28,750 nt of DNA. Origin: an uncultured Chloroflexota bacterium. Lineage in GTDB: Bacteria > Chloroflexota > Dehalococcoidia > UBA2247 > RBG-13-53-26. Position numbers and translations under genes: made by a program. Positions within the stretch are counted from its first letter, which is position 1; each line of letters starts with the position of its first letter. The DNA lies in the NCBI GenBank assembly GCA_937860285.1, contig CALMBS010000036.1:1-28750 (forward strand). Direction: 5' to 3'. A model generated the notes under the pieces. That model was given only the letters and a program-made list of their open reading frames with translations, was not told the DNA's origin and ran no database searches. Below are positions 1 to 10,325 of this stretch, piece by piece.

Positions 1-7
1 CAGGGCG

Positions 8-340
8 TCACGCCTTGACCTCGGGCGGCTTGGACTCCGCGGCCGCGGCCGCGGACGGCTTATCGGTGGCCTTGGCCCGGGCGGCCGCGGCCTCCGGCTC
101 TGCCGTCTTCTCGGCCGGCTTGTCTCCATCTCCCTTGCTGCTGCTACAGGCGCTTCTGCCGTCGGACGCATGGTCAGTGACGTAGAACCCGGGGCCCTTG
201 AAGACGATGGGCACCGGGGAGAAGATGCGCTGTGCCGGGCACTGACACCGAGGGCAGCTGGCCCCGGTGCTCTCGCTGAATCCCCTCTTGACCTCGAACC
301 TGATATCGCAAGAGGGGCACTTGTACTCGTAGATCGGCAT
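8..340 (-). CDS. FmdB-family zinc-ribbon regulatory protein with Ala/Lys/Glu-rich tail
   Basis: MPIYEYKCPSC...CPRC...RIFSPVPIVFKGPGFYVTD family signature; GGAGG SD 7 nt before ATG340. Confidence 0.9.
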   Translation of the reverse strand: MPIYEYKCPSCDIRFEVKRGFSESTGASCPRCQCPAQRIFSPVPIVFKGPGFYVTDHASDGRSACSSSKGDGDKPAEKTAEPEAAAARAKATDKPSAAAAAESKPPEVKA

Positions 341-341
341 G

Positions 342-776
342 TCAAGTCCTCCTGTCACTAACCAATGAGTCGACGAACAGACGGAAATCCCGCATCTTCT
401 CGTCCGGACCCGCCGGCTGCCCCAGGGAGTCAACCGTCAGGCCCCAGCGCCTGGCCAGACCGGCCCGGCACTCCTGCCTGTGGCCGCCGGCCGTCCACTC
501 CCGGCAGCTCGAAGGCTTGAAGTCGTGGATGGCGCAGAGATCATCTCCGCTCCCAGCCGGACGCTCCAGGAACGGACAGCCGCCGTTCTCGTGGCGAAGC
601 AGCATGCTGGACTCGCCGGGCCAGCGCCGGTCCCCGTACCTCTCCCGGAACTCAATCCCGGTCAACCCCAGCCTGCCGGCTATGCCCTCGGCTTCGGCCG
701 GCTCCAGCCGGACCTGGTATCGCCGGCAGCACTCACCGCACCGCAGACAAGGCCAGCCCGGCAATCTCAACAGCAC
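342..776 (-). CDS. YkgJ-family cysteine-cluster (Zn/Fe-chelating) protein
   Basis: CLRCGECC...CPFL...CAIHDFKPSSCR; GTG start with GGAGG SD; stop 1 nt before fmdB ATG. Confidence 0.85.
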   Translation of the reverse strand: MLLRLPGWPCLRCGECCRRYQVRLEPAEAEGIAGRLGLTGIEFRERYGDRRWPGESSMLLRHENGGCPFLERPAGSGDDLCAIHDFKPSSCREWTAGGHRQECRAGLARRWGLTVDSLGQPAGPDEKMRDFRLFVDSLVSDRRT

Positions 777-839
777 TCTCGGCCTCCACCTTCCAGATCG
801 GCTTCCGCTTCAGGACCTCGGCCGCGCTTTACTCCGTGA

Positions 840-869
840 GGGGGCGGCCCTGTGTACAGGGCCGCCCCC
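840..869. terminator. Perfect GC-rich inverted repeat after groEL (terminator-like or mRNA-stabilising; no U-tract)
   Basis: GGGGGCGGCCCTGT-GT-ACAGGGCCGCCCCC, 26 nt past the groEL stop. Confidence 0.6.
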
Positions 870-895
870 CGGGTCAGCGTTGAGCGTTCGGTAAC

Positions 896-2515
<1,620 letters not shown>

Positions 2516-2532
2516 TAGTTGCTTCTCCTTCC

Positions 2533-2841
2533 CTAGTTCTTCTTCGCCAGAATGTCGCTCTCTCGAACGACGATGAGCTCTTCGTCGTCAATCCTGAGCT
2601 CGGTGCCGGCATACTTCGCGTAGATAACGATATCGCCTACCTTGACGTCCATCGCCATCCGCTGGCCCTCGTCATTCATCCGTCCCGGGCCGACCGCCAC
2701 AACCTCGCCCTCCTGGGGCTTCTCCTTGGCCGTGTCCGGCAGGACTATCCCCCCCTTGGACACTTCCTCCCGCTTGGACGGTTTGATCACCACCCGGTCC
2801 CCAAGCGGATCCAGCTTGCCAGTCTTTCCCTTGGTTGCCAT
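2533..2841 (-). CDS. groS: Co-chaperonin GroES (Cpn10)
   Basis: [49 protein letters not shown]; SD AGGAGG. Confidence 0.99.
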   Translation of the reverse strand: MATKGKTGKLDPLGDRVVIKPSKREEVSKGGIVLPDTAKEKPQEGEVVAVGPGRMNDEGQRMAMDVKVGDIVIYAKYAGTELRIDDEELIVVRESDILAKKN

Positions 2842-2954
2842 GAACTCCTCCTTCCTCTGTCGTAGACACTTCTAGATACAATGATGGCCGTCAGTGGGTC
2901 TATGGGTATTCGGTTTGCGGTGCGGGGCGCCTTCAGAGAGACCCTGCATTTAAG

Positions 2955-2979
2955 ATTGTAGGCGGCGCTGTGTTAGAAT
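2955..2979. promoter_or_regulatory. Back-to-back sigma70 -10 boxes: TACAAT (minus, 2955-2960, groESL) and extended TGTGtTAGAAT (plus, 2969-2979, kinase operon)
   Basis: Motifs read directly; no consensus -35 for either. Confidence 0.55.
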
Positions 2980-3012
2980 AACGCTGGAACAGTATTAGAA
3001 TTCCGTTAGAAC
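2972..3012. repeat. Four 8-mer direct repeats with 11-bp period (candidate OmpR/PhoB-type binding array)
   Basis: GTTAGAAT 2972, GCTGGAAC 2983, ATTAGAAT 2994, GTTAGAAC 3005. Confidence 0.7.
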
Positions 3013-3042
3013 TCCGACGATGTTCGGAGGCCCGTTTACATC

Positions 3043-4602
3043 ATGGCCCACCTGATGGACAGTTCGGATGCCTTGCCGCAGGAGGCGGACCTCCGGGCGA
3101 GCTTGAGGATGATCCTCAAGAACGCCATAGAGGCCCTCGGCGGCAGCGCGGGCGTGGTGGCCACCTGGGACCAGGAGGAGCGCTGCTTCACGCCCACCTA
3201 CTCCTTCGGGCTGGACGAGAGGGCCCTGGAGCAACTGCTCCCCCTGCTGGAAGAGGCCGTGCCCGACCTGGCCGTCAGCTCCCAGAGCTTCAACGCCCTG
3301 TCCCGCATCCTGGGGCCGCCCCTCCCCAAGTCGGACCAGGGGCTGATCCTGGACCCCATCGTCGCCCTGCCGCTTCGCGTCGGCCGGCGCTCCCTGGGCT
3401 TCATCTACGTCCTGCGCCCGCGCAGCTGCATGGCCTTCTCGGCCGTGGACCAGTCCACGCTGAACGCCTTCGCCCGGCAGGCCGCCATCGCGGTGGACAA
3501 CGCCCACCTGGTGCACAATCTCATCGAGGAGAAGTCCAGGGTGGAATCCATGCTGGAGGGCAGCGCCGAAGGCATGATGAGCCTGGACGGCCGGCGGCGC
3601 CTCCTCGGATTCAATGCCGCCATGGAGAGGATGTCCGGGCACCCCCGGCGCCAGGTGCTGTCCCTGCCCTGCTACCACGTGCTCAACTTCCGCGATTTTG
3701 AAGGCCGTTCCATCTGCAACAGCGACCGCTGCCCCATGGTGACCCGCCCGGACGGCGGCCCCTCCACCTGCGAGCTGCAGGGCAAGATCCAGTCCGCCGA
3801 CGGGCAGGACATAGAGGTGGCCATGGTCTACTCCGTGAACCGCTCCCGGGCCACCGGGCGGGCGCACAGCGCTGTCATCAACGTCCGGGACATAAAGCGC
3901 CTGCGCGAGACCGAGAACCTCCGGTCCGCCTTCCTGTCCATGCTGGGGCATGAGCTGCAGACGCCGCTCTCCATCATCAAGGGCTACACCAGCACGCTCG
4001 CCCGGAGCGACGCCAGGTGGAACAGGAAGACATTGCGCGAGGGGCTGCAGGTGATCGAGGAAGAGTGCGACCGCCTGAGCAAGCTGGTGAACCGGCTGCT
4101 CCTGGCCTCCCGCATCGAGAGCCGCACCGTGACCCTCAAGAAGGAGCCCGTCCAGCTGTCGGTCATGGCCACCAAGGTCGTCAGGAGGCTGGAGCCGGTG
4201 ACCGCCAACCACCGGTTCGAGGTCGATTTCGGTCCCGATTTCCCCGAGGTGTACGCCGACCCGGAGCGCATGGAGGAGGTCCTGACCAACCTGGTGGACA
4301 ATGCCATAAAGTACTCGCCGAAAGGCGGCCGCATCACCGTGACCGGCCGGGCGGATGCGGGGCGCGTCCGGGTGACGGTCGCCGACGAAGGCATCGGCAT
4401 TCCGCGCCGGGAGCTGGGCCGGGTCTTCGAGCGGTTCCGCCGCGGAGAGAACGGCCAGGTGCAGAAGGTCCGGGGCATGGGTCTGGGGCTCTACATCTGC
4501 AGGTCGATAGTCGAGGCCCACGGGGGCCAGATAGAGGTCGCCAGCGAGGCCGGCAAAGGCTCGCAGTTCACCTTCACTCTGCCCGTGGGCGGAGGTGAAT
4601 GA
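3043..4602 (+). CDS. Cytoplasmic sensor histidine kinase (GAF-like, PAS, HisKA, HATPase_c)
   Basis: H-box GHELQTPL, N-box [11 protein letters not shown]1 DEGIGI, G2 GMGLGL; no TM segment; GAF end [12 protein letters not shown]. Confidence 0.95.
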   Translation: MAHLMDSSDALPQEADLRASLRMILKNAIEALGGSAGVVATWDQEERCFTPTYSFGLDERALEQLLPLLEEAVPDLAVSSQSFNALSRILGPPLPKSDQGLILDPIVALPLRVGRRSLGFIYVLRPRSCMAFSAVDQSTLNAFARQAAIAVDNAHLVHNLIEEKSRVESMLEGSAEGMMSLDGRRRLLGFNAAMERMSGHPRRQVLSLPCYHVLNFRDFEGRSICNSDRCPMVTRPDGGPSTCELQGKIQSADGQDIEVAMVYSVNRSRATGRAHSAVINVRDIKRLRETENLRSAFLSMLGHELQTPLSIIKGYTSTLARSDARWNRKTLREGLQVIEEECDRLSKLVNRLLLASRIESRTVTLKKEPVQLSVMATKVVRRLEPVTANHRFEVDFGPDFPEVYADPERMEEVLTNLVDNAIKYSPKGGRITVTGRADAGRVRVTVADEGIGIPRRELGRVFERFRRGENGQVQKVRGMGLGLYICRSIVEAHGGQIEVASEAGKGSQFTFTLPVGGGE

Positions 4603-4606
4603 AGAC

Positions 4607-5317
4607 ATGGTTTCGAGCATCTCCGGCAAGACCGTGCTCGTGGTGGACGATGAATCCCGCATGGTGGAGTTCATCGCCATGAACCTCGAGCTGGAGGGGT
4701 TCCGGGTAGTCAGGGCAGCCAACGGGTCGGAGGCCCTGGAGAAGGCCTCGCGGGAACACCCCGACCTGGTGGTCCTGGACATAATGATGCCGGAGATGGA
4801 CGGGTTCGAGACGCTGGCCGGGCTGCGGGAGACCTCGTCCGTGCCCGTCATCTTTCTGACCGCCAAGAGCGAAGAGGCAGACCGCATCAGGGGACTCGAC
4901 CTGGGCGCCGACGACTACATAACCAAGCCCTTCAGCCCCCGGGAGCTGGTCTCCCGCATCCGGGCCGTACTGAGGAGGACGGAGCCGGCGGCCCTGGCCA
5001 GCTCTGAAATCGTGGTTGACGATGAGCTCCGGATCAACTTCGACCAGCGCAAAGTGATCGTCCGCGGGCGCGAGGTCCGCCTGAGGCCGACCGAGTACCG
5101 GCTGCTGTACCAGCTGGTGACCAATGCCGGGAAGCTGCTGACGCACGAGGTGCTTCTCTCCAGAGTGTGGGGCGCGGAGTACCGCGACGAGGACCAGTAC
5201 GTCAGGCTCTACATCACCTATCTGCGGCAGAAGATAGAGAAGGACCCGCGCAATCCCAGGTACATCCTCAGCGAACGCGGCCTGGGCTACCGCTTCAGGG
5301 ACATCGCCCGTCCGTGA
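4607..5317 (+). CDS. OmpR/PhoB-family (KdpE-like) response regulator; alternative GTG start at 4595
   Basis: [28 protein letters not shown], winged helix LRPTEYRLL...[10 protein letters not shown]...GLGYRF; SD GGAGGTGA. Confidence 0.95.
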   Translation: MVSSISGKTVLVVDDESRMVEFIAMNLELEGFRVVRAANGSEALEKASREHPDLVVLDIMMPEMDGFETLAGLRETSSVPVIFLTAKSEEADRIRGLDLGADDYITKPFSPRELVSRIRAVLRRTEPAALASSEIVVDDELRINFDQRKVIVRGREVRLRPTEYRLLYQLVTNAGKLLTHEVLLSRVWGAEYRDEDQYVRLYITYLRQKIEKDPRNPRYILSERGLGYRFRDIARP

Positions 5318-5411
5318 CGACATCGCCTGTCCGCGACGGGTTCGCCCGTCCGTGACGACATCGCCTGTCCGCGACGGGTTCGCCCGTCCGTGACGACATC
5401 GCCTGTCCGCG
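5304..5411. repeat. Tandem repeat, 38-bp unit (two related 19-mers), ~2.8 copies, overlapping the regulator stop codon
   Basis: TCGCCCGTCCGTGACGACATCGCCTGTCCGCGACGGGT at 5304 and 5342, partial copy at 5380. Confidence 0.95.
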
Positions 5412-5529
5412 GTACCGCCGGGATGCCTTTGTGACATCCCGGTGATGCCCGGGCCGGCCATTGAGATACGGCCGAGAGGCCGGGCTGCTACACTCTTTCC
5501 TGACGATCCCATCGTCACACCCCCCAGGG

Positions 5530-5630
5530 GAGGGATGGGGAGGAGGATCTCAATATTGCTCGGGCTGAGCCATTCCGAAGCGCGAAAGTGACCCTGACCA
5601 AGTCACTGCGGACCTCCTTCCCCATCTCTC
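5530..5630. other. Folded ~100-nt intergenic element (candidate ncRNA or translation-control structure)
   Basis: ~19-bp closing stem 5530-5549/5611-5630 plus inner AGTGAC/GTCACT hairpin; no recognised Rfam signature. Confidence 0.4.
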
Positions 5631-5811
5631 GCTATTCCAGCCGGCACTGACCACTCCACCATCGCGGCGTCCTGTTGCCCTGCGCCATTCCGGGCATTCG
5701 CGCCGGCCGGCCGCATCATCGCGGACAATCCCGGGAGACGACACAGGGCGATACCGGAGCGGGGTCCTGGCCGAAGGCACAGGCGCGGCGGGGTGGCAGT
5801 GCTGCAGGGGA

Positions 5812-7266
5812 TCAGCCGGGGGCGCTGGGGATGTTGCGGAAGTGGAATCCTCCCTGGTTGAAGACCCGGAGACACGCATCGACTACCTGGGGATCGTAGA
5901 GCCTCCCCCTGCCCGCCACTATGGCCTCCAGCCCTCGGTCCGTTCCCAGCGCCGCCCGGTAGGGGCGGTGGGACGACATGGCTTCGACCACGTCGGAGAC
6001 CCCCAGTATCCTGGCTTCCGGATGTATCTGGTCCCCGCGCAGGCCGGACGGGTACCCCGACCCGTCCAGGCGCTCGTGGTGCTGCAGCACAATGTCGGCG
6101 ATGGGCCAGGGGAACTCGATCTTCTCCAGGACTTCGTAGGCCGCCCTGGGATGCTGCTTCACGATCTCAAACTCGATGGGCGACAGGGGAGCGGGCTTGT
6201 TCAGGATCTCGATGGGCACGCAGACCTTGCCCACATCGTGGATGAGGCCGGCGATGCGGATCACGCCGAAACGGGACTCCGCCACGCCCATCTGCTGGGC
6301 GATCTCACAGGCCAGATCGGCCACGCGCACCTGGTGGCCGGCGGTGTAGCGGTCCCGGGCCTCCACCATCGTGGCCAGGGCCTGGATAGTGCCCTCCACT
6401 GTCCGTCCCAGCCTGTCCAGGCTGCCCCGCAGCTCGGCGGTCTGGTCCCGGACCCGTTCTTCCAGGGTGTCAAAGGCGGTCTTGACGGCCGCCTCCGCCC
6501 GCTTGCGCTCGGTGATGTCGCGGAACACCATGACCGCCCCGGTGAGGCGTCCAACATCGTCTATCATGGGCGCGGCGCTGTCTTCGACGGGAATCCTCTC
6601 GCCGTTCTTCCGGATCAGAAGGACCGGCCCGATCATGTTCAGGGCCACTCTCTTCTCCAGGACCTCGGCCACCGGGGTCTCGAAAGGCTTCCCGGTCCTC
6701 TCGTCCACGATCTTCAGCACCGCGTCCAGCTTCAGGCCCAGCGCCTCCTCCTCCCGCCAGCCGGTAACGCTCTGGGCGGAGGGGTTCATCAGGGTGATCC
6801 TCATTTCGGTATCGGTGACGATGACGCAGTCGGCAATGCACCTGACCGTGGTGGCAAACTGCCGCTGGCTCTCCCTCAGCTTCTCCTCCATGGTGTGCTT
6901 GTAGAGGGCCATCTCGATGGCGGCGTAGAGCTCCTTCTCGGAGAACGGCTTGATGAGATAGCCGTAGGGCTCCGTCTCCCTCGCCCTCTGCACGGTGCGA
7001 TCGTCAGCGAAAGCGGTGAGGTAGATGACGGGGACCTCGATCCGGCTGCGGATCCTCTGGGCCGTCTCCACACCGTCGATATCCCCCCTGAGCTGAACAT
7101 CCATCAGGATGAGATCGGGGTGGTTGGCGGTGGCCACGGAAACCGCCTCATCCCCGCTGGCGGCCGTGCCGCAGACCGAGTGACCCATCCTGGCCAGCCT
7201 GTCCTGGATCTCCATGGAGATCACGGCTTCATCTTCGACGACCATGATTCTGGCCTTGTCCACCAT
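5812..7266 (-). CDS. REC-PAS-HD-GYP protein (putative cyclic dinucleotide phosphodiesterase response regulator)
   Basis: IMVVEDE, LMDVQL, YGYLIKPF; PAS; YTAGHQVRV, IHDVGK, HHERLDGSGYP. Confidence 0.95.
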   Translation of the reverse strand: MVDKARIMVVEDEAVISMEIQDRLARMGHSVCGTAASGDEAVSVATANHPDLILMDVQLRGDIDGVETAQRIRSRIEVPVIYLTAFADDRTVQRARETEPYGYLIKPFSEKELYAAIEMALYKHTMEEKLRESQRQFATTVRCIADCVIVTDTEMRITLMNPSAQSVTGWREEEALGLKLDAVLKIVDERTGKPFETPVAEVLEKRVALNMIGPVLLIRKNGERIPVEDSAAPMIDDVGRLTGAVMVFRDITERKRAEAAVKTAFDTLEERVRDQTAELRGSLDRLGRTVEGTIQALATMVEARDRYTAGHQVRVADLACEIAQQMGVAESRFGVIRIAGLIHDVGKVCVPIEILNKPAPLSPIEFEIVKQHPRAAYEVLEKIEFPWPIADIVLQHHERLDGSGYPSGLRGDQIHPEARILGVSDVVEAMSSHRPYRAALGTDRGLEAIVAGRGRLYDPQVVDACLRVFNQGGFHFRNIPSAPG

Positions 7267-7270
7267 CTCT

Positions 7271-9382
7271 CTATCCTCCTCCGGTCCGGGTCCCCACAGC
7301 CTCCTTCGGCGGCGGAGTGCCCGACGGTGAGTCGTCCTTTCTCCTGAAGTCAGTGAACTTGAACTTGAACTCCGTGCCCCTGCTCCGGTTCACCTGCACC
7401 TCGGCGCCCAGCTGCTGGCCCAGCATCTTCACCAGGCGCAGGCCCAGGGACGTGGACTTTTCCAGGTCCGTCTCGGGCGGCAGGCCGACGCCGTTGTCAC
7501 CGATGATCATGGTGGTCCGGCCGTCAGCGTCCCCGAAGATGGTGATGTGGATCTCGCCCGCCCGGCCATCGGGGAAGGCGTACTTCAACGAGTTCGATAT
7601 AAGCTCGTTGACGATGAGGCCGCACGGGACGGCGGAATCCAGGCTGAGGTAGACGTTGCTGGCGTCAAGGACCAGATGGATCGACCTCCGGTCCACCCCG
7701 TAAGAAGCAAACAGGGCATTGGTGAGATCGCGCACGTACTCGCCGAAGTCCACCTCTCCCCGGCTGTTGTGGGGCTGCAGCCGCTCCTTGTAGAGCTTCT
7801 CATGAATGAGCGATATGGACTTGACCCTGTTGGAGCTCTCCTCGAACATGTGAACTATCTTGGGATCGGAGAGCCGCGTGGACTGCAGGTAGAGCAGGCT
7901 GGCGATGACCTGCAGGTTGTTCTTCACCCGGTGGTGGATCTCCTTGATGAGGGTCTCCTTCTTCTCCGCCTCAGCGTGGCGCTGGGTGACATCGAAGACC
8001 ACGCACAGCAGCTCGCCTTCCTTCTCGCTGGCCATCATCCGGACCTCGTAGAAGTAGTCGCGGCCGTCCACCGCCAGCTGGAACTCGAATATCTGGGCCT
8101 CCCCTGTCTTCAGGGCCACGTCCATGTGGTCCAGGCCACGCTGGATCACTTCGCGGGTCAGGTCGCTGTACTGCCGGGTCGGGTGGTACAGGGTCTTCCC
8201 CTGTATCTGGCGGTAGGGCTCCAGGATGTTCCCTCCCCTGGCCGACCGCCCCTCCAGCAGAGTGCCGTCCATGCCTATGCGGTACATCAGATCCGGGATG
8301 CCCTTGACCAGGGCCTTGTTCTGCGCCTCGCTCTCGCGCAGCTCCTTCTGCGATTTCTCCAGGGAGGCCAGCATGGAGTTGATGGACATCTCCAGGGTGG
8401 TCATTTCGTCGTTCCCGGTGACGTCGACACGCTGCGCCAGGTCTCCGGTGGTGCGCACGCGGACCACGCCGCTGCTCAGGCGCAGCAGCCGCGTCAGGAA
8501 GGCCCGCTGCACGAGGTAGCCGCCCGCCAGCCCCATCACCACGGCGACCGCCACGATGGCGCAGACCAGGTACAGCAGGGCGACCTGGCCCTGGTGATGG
8601 ATGTCGCGGGGCAGGTCCACCTGGAGGACAGCCGCCGGCTGGCCGTAGATATCATCGAGCACGCCATACCCGGAGATGCTGTTCTGGCCCAGGACCCGGA
8701 TGTATACGGGGGCGGCCTCGCCGGCGCCCATCTGGCTCTGGAGGACCCCGTCCGGCATCTCGGGATCGCTGAGCTCGCGAAGGGTCACCGCCAGGCCGGT
8801 AACCTCCGACAACCGGGCCATCTCGTCCTCGTCGAGGTACCGCGCCAGGACCATCATGCCGTCCATAAGCGCCCCTCCGACCGAGACCCGGGCCGGGTAT
8901 GAGGTCACCAGGAGCGGCCCCCACGTCTCCATCACAATGCCGGTCACGCCGGAGTCACCGTCCGGGGGCTGCATCAGGAGGCTGCCCGGCTCCATCTGCG
9001 CCACCAGGTCCGCGGGCAACGGCAGGCTCCCCCGCCCGTCGTCCCATCCGTACCCGTACAGCAGCCGGCCGGGCGCCGCGAAAACCACGAAGTTGAGGCC
9101 GAGGGCGGCCATCGTCTCGTTGTCCAGGCTCAGTCCGACGGACGCGTCGCCGTCACCGAGGGCGATCGAGCCCGTGGTCAGCTCACCGTCAGAAGCCATG
9201 TTGACCGCGGAGAACTCGCTGTAGAGGGTGGTCACGGCACGCGAGACGCTCTGCCGGGTCTCCCGCTCCTCCAAACGATCGAAGCGTCTCATCAGGACAA
9301 TCTGAGAGACAATAAGGGAGATGACTATGGCCGCAACGATGGCCACAATGGTGATGACTAGCGCTCGTCTGCGAAGCGACAT
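7271..9382 (-). CDS. Membrane sensor kinase: CHASE4-like, HAMP, PAS, HisKA_2, HATPase
   Basis: Two TM helices; GNDEMTTL HAMP; EIHHRVKNNLQVIASLL; NELISNSLKYAF; DNGVGLP; SLGLRLV. Confidence 0.92.
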   Translation of the reverse strand: MSLRRRALVITIVAIVAAIVISLIVSQIVLMRRFDRLEERETRQSVSRAVTTLYSEFSAVNMASDGELTTGSIALGDGDASVGLSLDNETMAALGLNFVVFAAPGRLLYGYGWDDGRGSLPLPADLVAQMEPGSLLMQPPDGDSGVTGIVMETWGPLLVTSYPARVSVGGALMDGMMVLARYLDEDEMARLSEVTGLAVTLRELSDPEMPDGVLQSQMGAGEAAPVYIRVLGQNSISGYGVLDDIYGQPAAVLQVDLPRDIHHQGQVALLYLVCAIVAVAVVMGLAGGYLVQRAFLTRLLRLSSGVVRVRTTGDLAQRVDVTGNDEMTTLEMSINSMLASLEKSQKELRESEAQNKALVKGIPDLMYRIGMDGTLLEGRSARGGNILEPYRQIQGKTLYHPTRQYSDLTREVIQRGLDHMDVALKTGEAQIFEFQLAVDGRDYFYEVRMMASEKEGELLCVVFDVTQRHAEAEKKETLIKEIHHRVKNNLQVIASLLYLQSTRLSDPKIVHMFEESSNRVKSISLIHEKLYKERLQPHNSRGEVDFGEYVRDLTNALFASYGVDRRSIHLVLDASNVYLSLDSAVPCGLIVNELISNSLKYAFPDGRAGEIHITIFGDADGRTTMIIGDNGVGLPPETDLEKSTSLGLRLVKMLGQQLGAEVQVNRSRGTEFKFKFTDFRRKDDSPSGTPPPKEAVGTRTGGG

Positions 9383-9565
9383 CCTCTCCGCTCTCTCCCG
9401 GGAGTGTCCGGGGATAGCAGCTAGTGTGCCGCAAGGACTTCACATCCGTGTCTCAACCCGGCAGTCCGGCCTCTCACGATCCTCACCGCTGTGCCTCGCA
9501 TGCGGGCGACGGCCGGCTTGGACGAACGCCGGCCGGTTCACTATCATAAGAGTCAGGGGCTGACC

Positions 9566-10177
9566 ATGACGTCTATTGTGCTGGCCGGCGGTGAGGGAAA
9601 GCGCCTCGGGAAGAACAAGCTGTTTGAGGTCGTCGGAGGCCGGCCGCTGGTTCAGCGGGTCATCGACCGCCTGGACCCGATCAGCGACCGCATCCTGGTG
9701 GTGACCGGGGAGGGGCAGCCGCAGCCCGCCATCGAGGCCAGGCACGCCCGGCTCTCCTTCGCCTCCGACATCTACCCCAGGAAGGGCGTACTGGGAGGCA
9801 TCTTCACCGGCCTGTCCCTGACAGAGGCCGGCCACAGCCTGGTGGTGGCGGCCGACATGCCCTTCCTCAACCCGGGGCTGCTGCGATGGCTGATGGACGC
9901 CGCAGCCGGCTGTGACGTGGTCATGCCGCGCCTCCAGGGCCTGATTCATCCGCTTCATGCCGTGTACTCCAGGTCCTGCCTGCCCGCCTTCCGCCGGGAG
10001 CTGGAAGAGGGCCGCCTCCAGATCCGGGCCATCCTGCCCTCGGTTAGAGTGAAGTACGTAGACGAGGCCCAGATAGACAGGCTCGACCCGGACCATCTGA
10101 GTTTCCGCAACATCAACACTCTGGCCGATCTGGAAGAGGCCCGGAGGATCGCCGGCACGCTTGTTGACAGCGAATGA
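9566..10177 (+). CDS. mobA: Molybdenum cofactor guanylyltransferase
   Basis: IVLAGGEGKRLG.NK, GVLGGIFTGL, VAADMPFL, HPLHAVYS, FRNINT. Confidence 0.9.
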   Translation: MTSIVLAGGEGKRLGKNKLFEVVGGRPLVQRVIDRLDPISDRILVVTGEGQPQPAIEARHARLSFASDIYPRKGVLGGIFTGLSLTEAGHSLVVAADMPFLNPGLLRWLMDAAAGCDVVMPRLQGLIHPLHAVYSRSCLPAFRRELEEGRLQIRAILPSVRVKYVDEAQIDRLDPDHLSFRNINTLADLEEARRIAGTLVDSE

Positions 10178-10325
10178 CCGGCGGGTTAGACTACGCCGTG
10201 TAGTCGATTGCGGCGCCGGCGGCCCAACGGAGGCGCCGCTCTGCCGGCAATCCCCCATCAGGAAGCAGCGATTGTCGGTGCATTGTCCCGGTAGCGGATT
10301 GAGAGAGAGACACGCGGCCTAGGCC

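Noticed and set aside
3006-3032. TTAGAACTC resembles a CIRCE left arm
   Set aside because: The right arm GAGTGCTAA is absent after 9 nt (TCGGAGGCC found instead).
2995-4887. Long antisense ORFs (630 aa here; also 1337-2284, 5842-7347, 7547-8902, 11690-13387, 18287-19762, 22855-23961, 25787-26824)
   Set aside because: Shadow ORFs opposite well-supported genes. They are expected from GC3 bias in a high-GC genome and carry no recognisable motifs.
5304-5411. Possible mini-CRISPR array
   Set aside because: Units are directly adjacent with no unique spacers, and there are no cas genes in the window.
5560-5612. Partial resemblance to TPP riboswitch or hammerhead motifs (GCTGAG, GAAA, CTGA)
   Set aside because: Core consensus elements and their order (CUGAGA...ACCUGAU; CUGANGA...GAAA) are not met.
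10189-10240. Short palindromes (GACTAC-N5-GTAGTC; GCGGCGCC/GGCGCCGC) between mobA and glgP
   Set aside because: Short GC-rich stems without a U-tract or known motif; plausible by chance.
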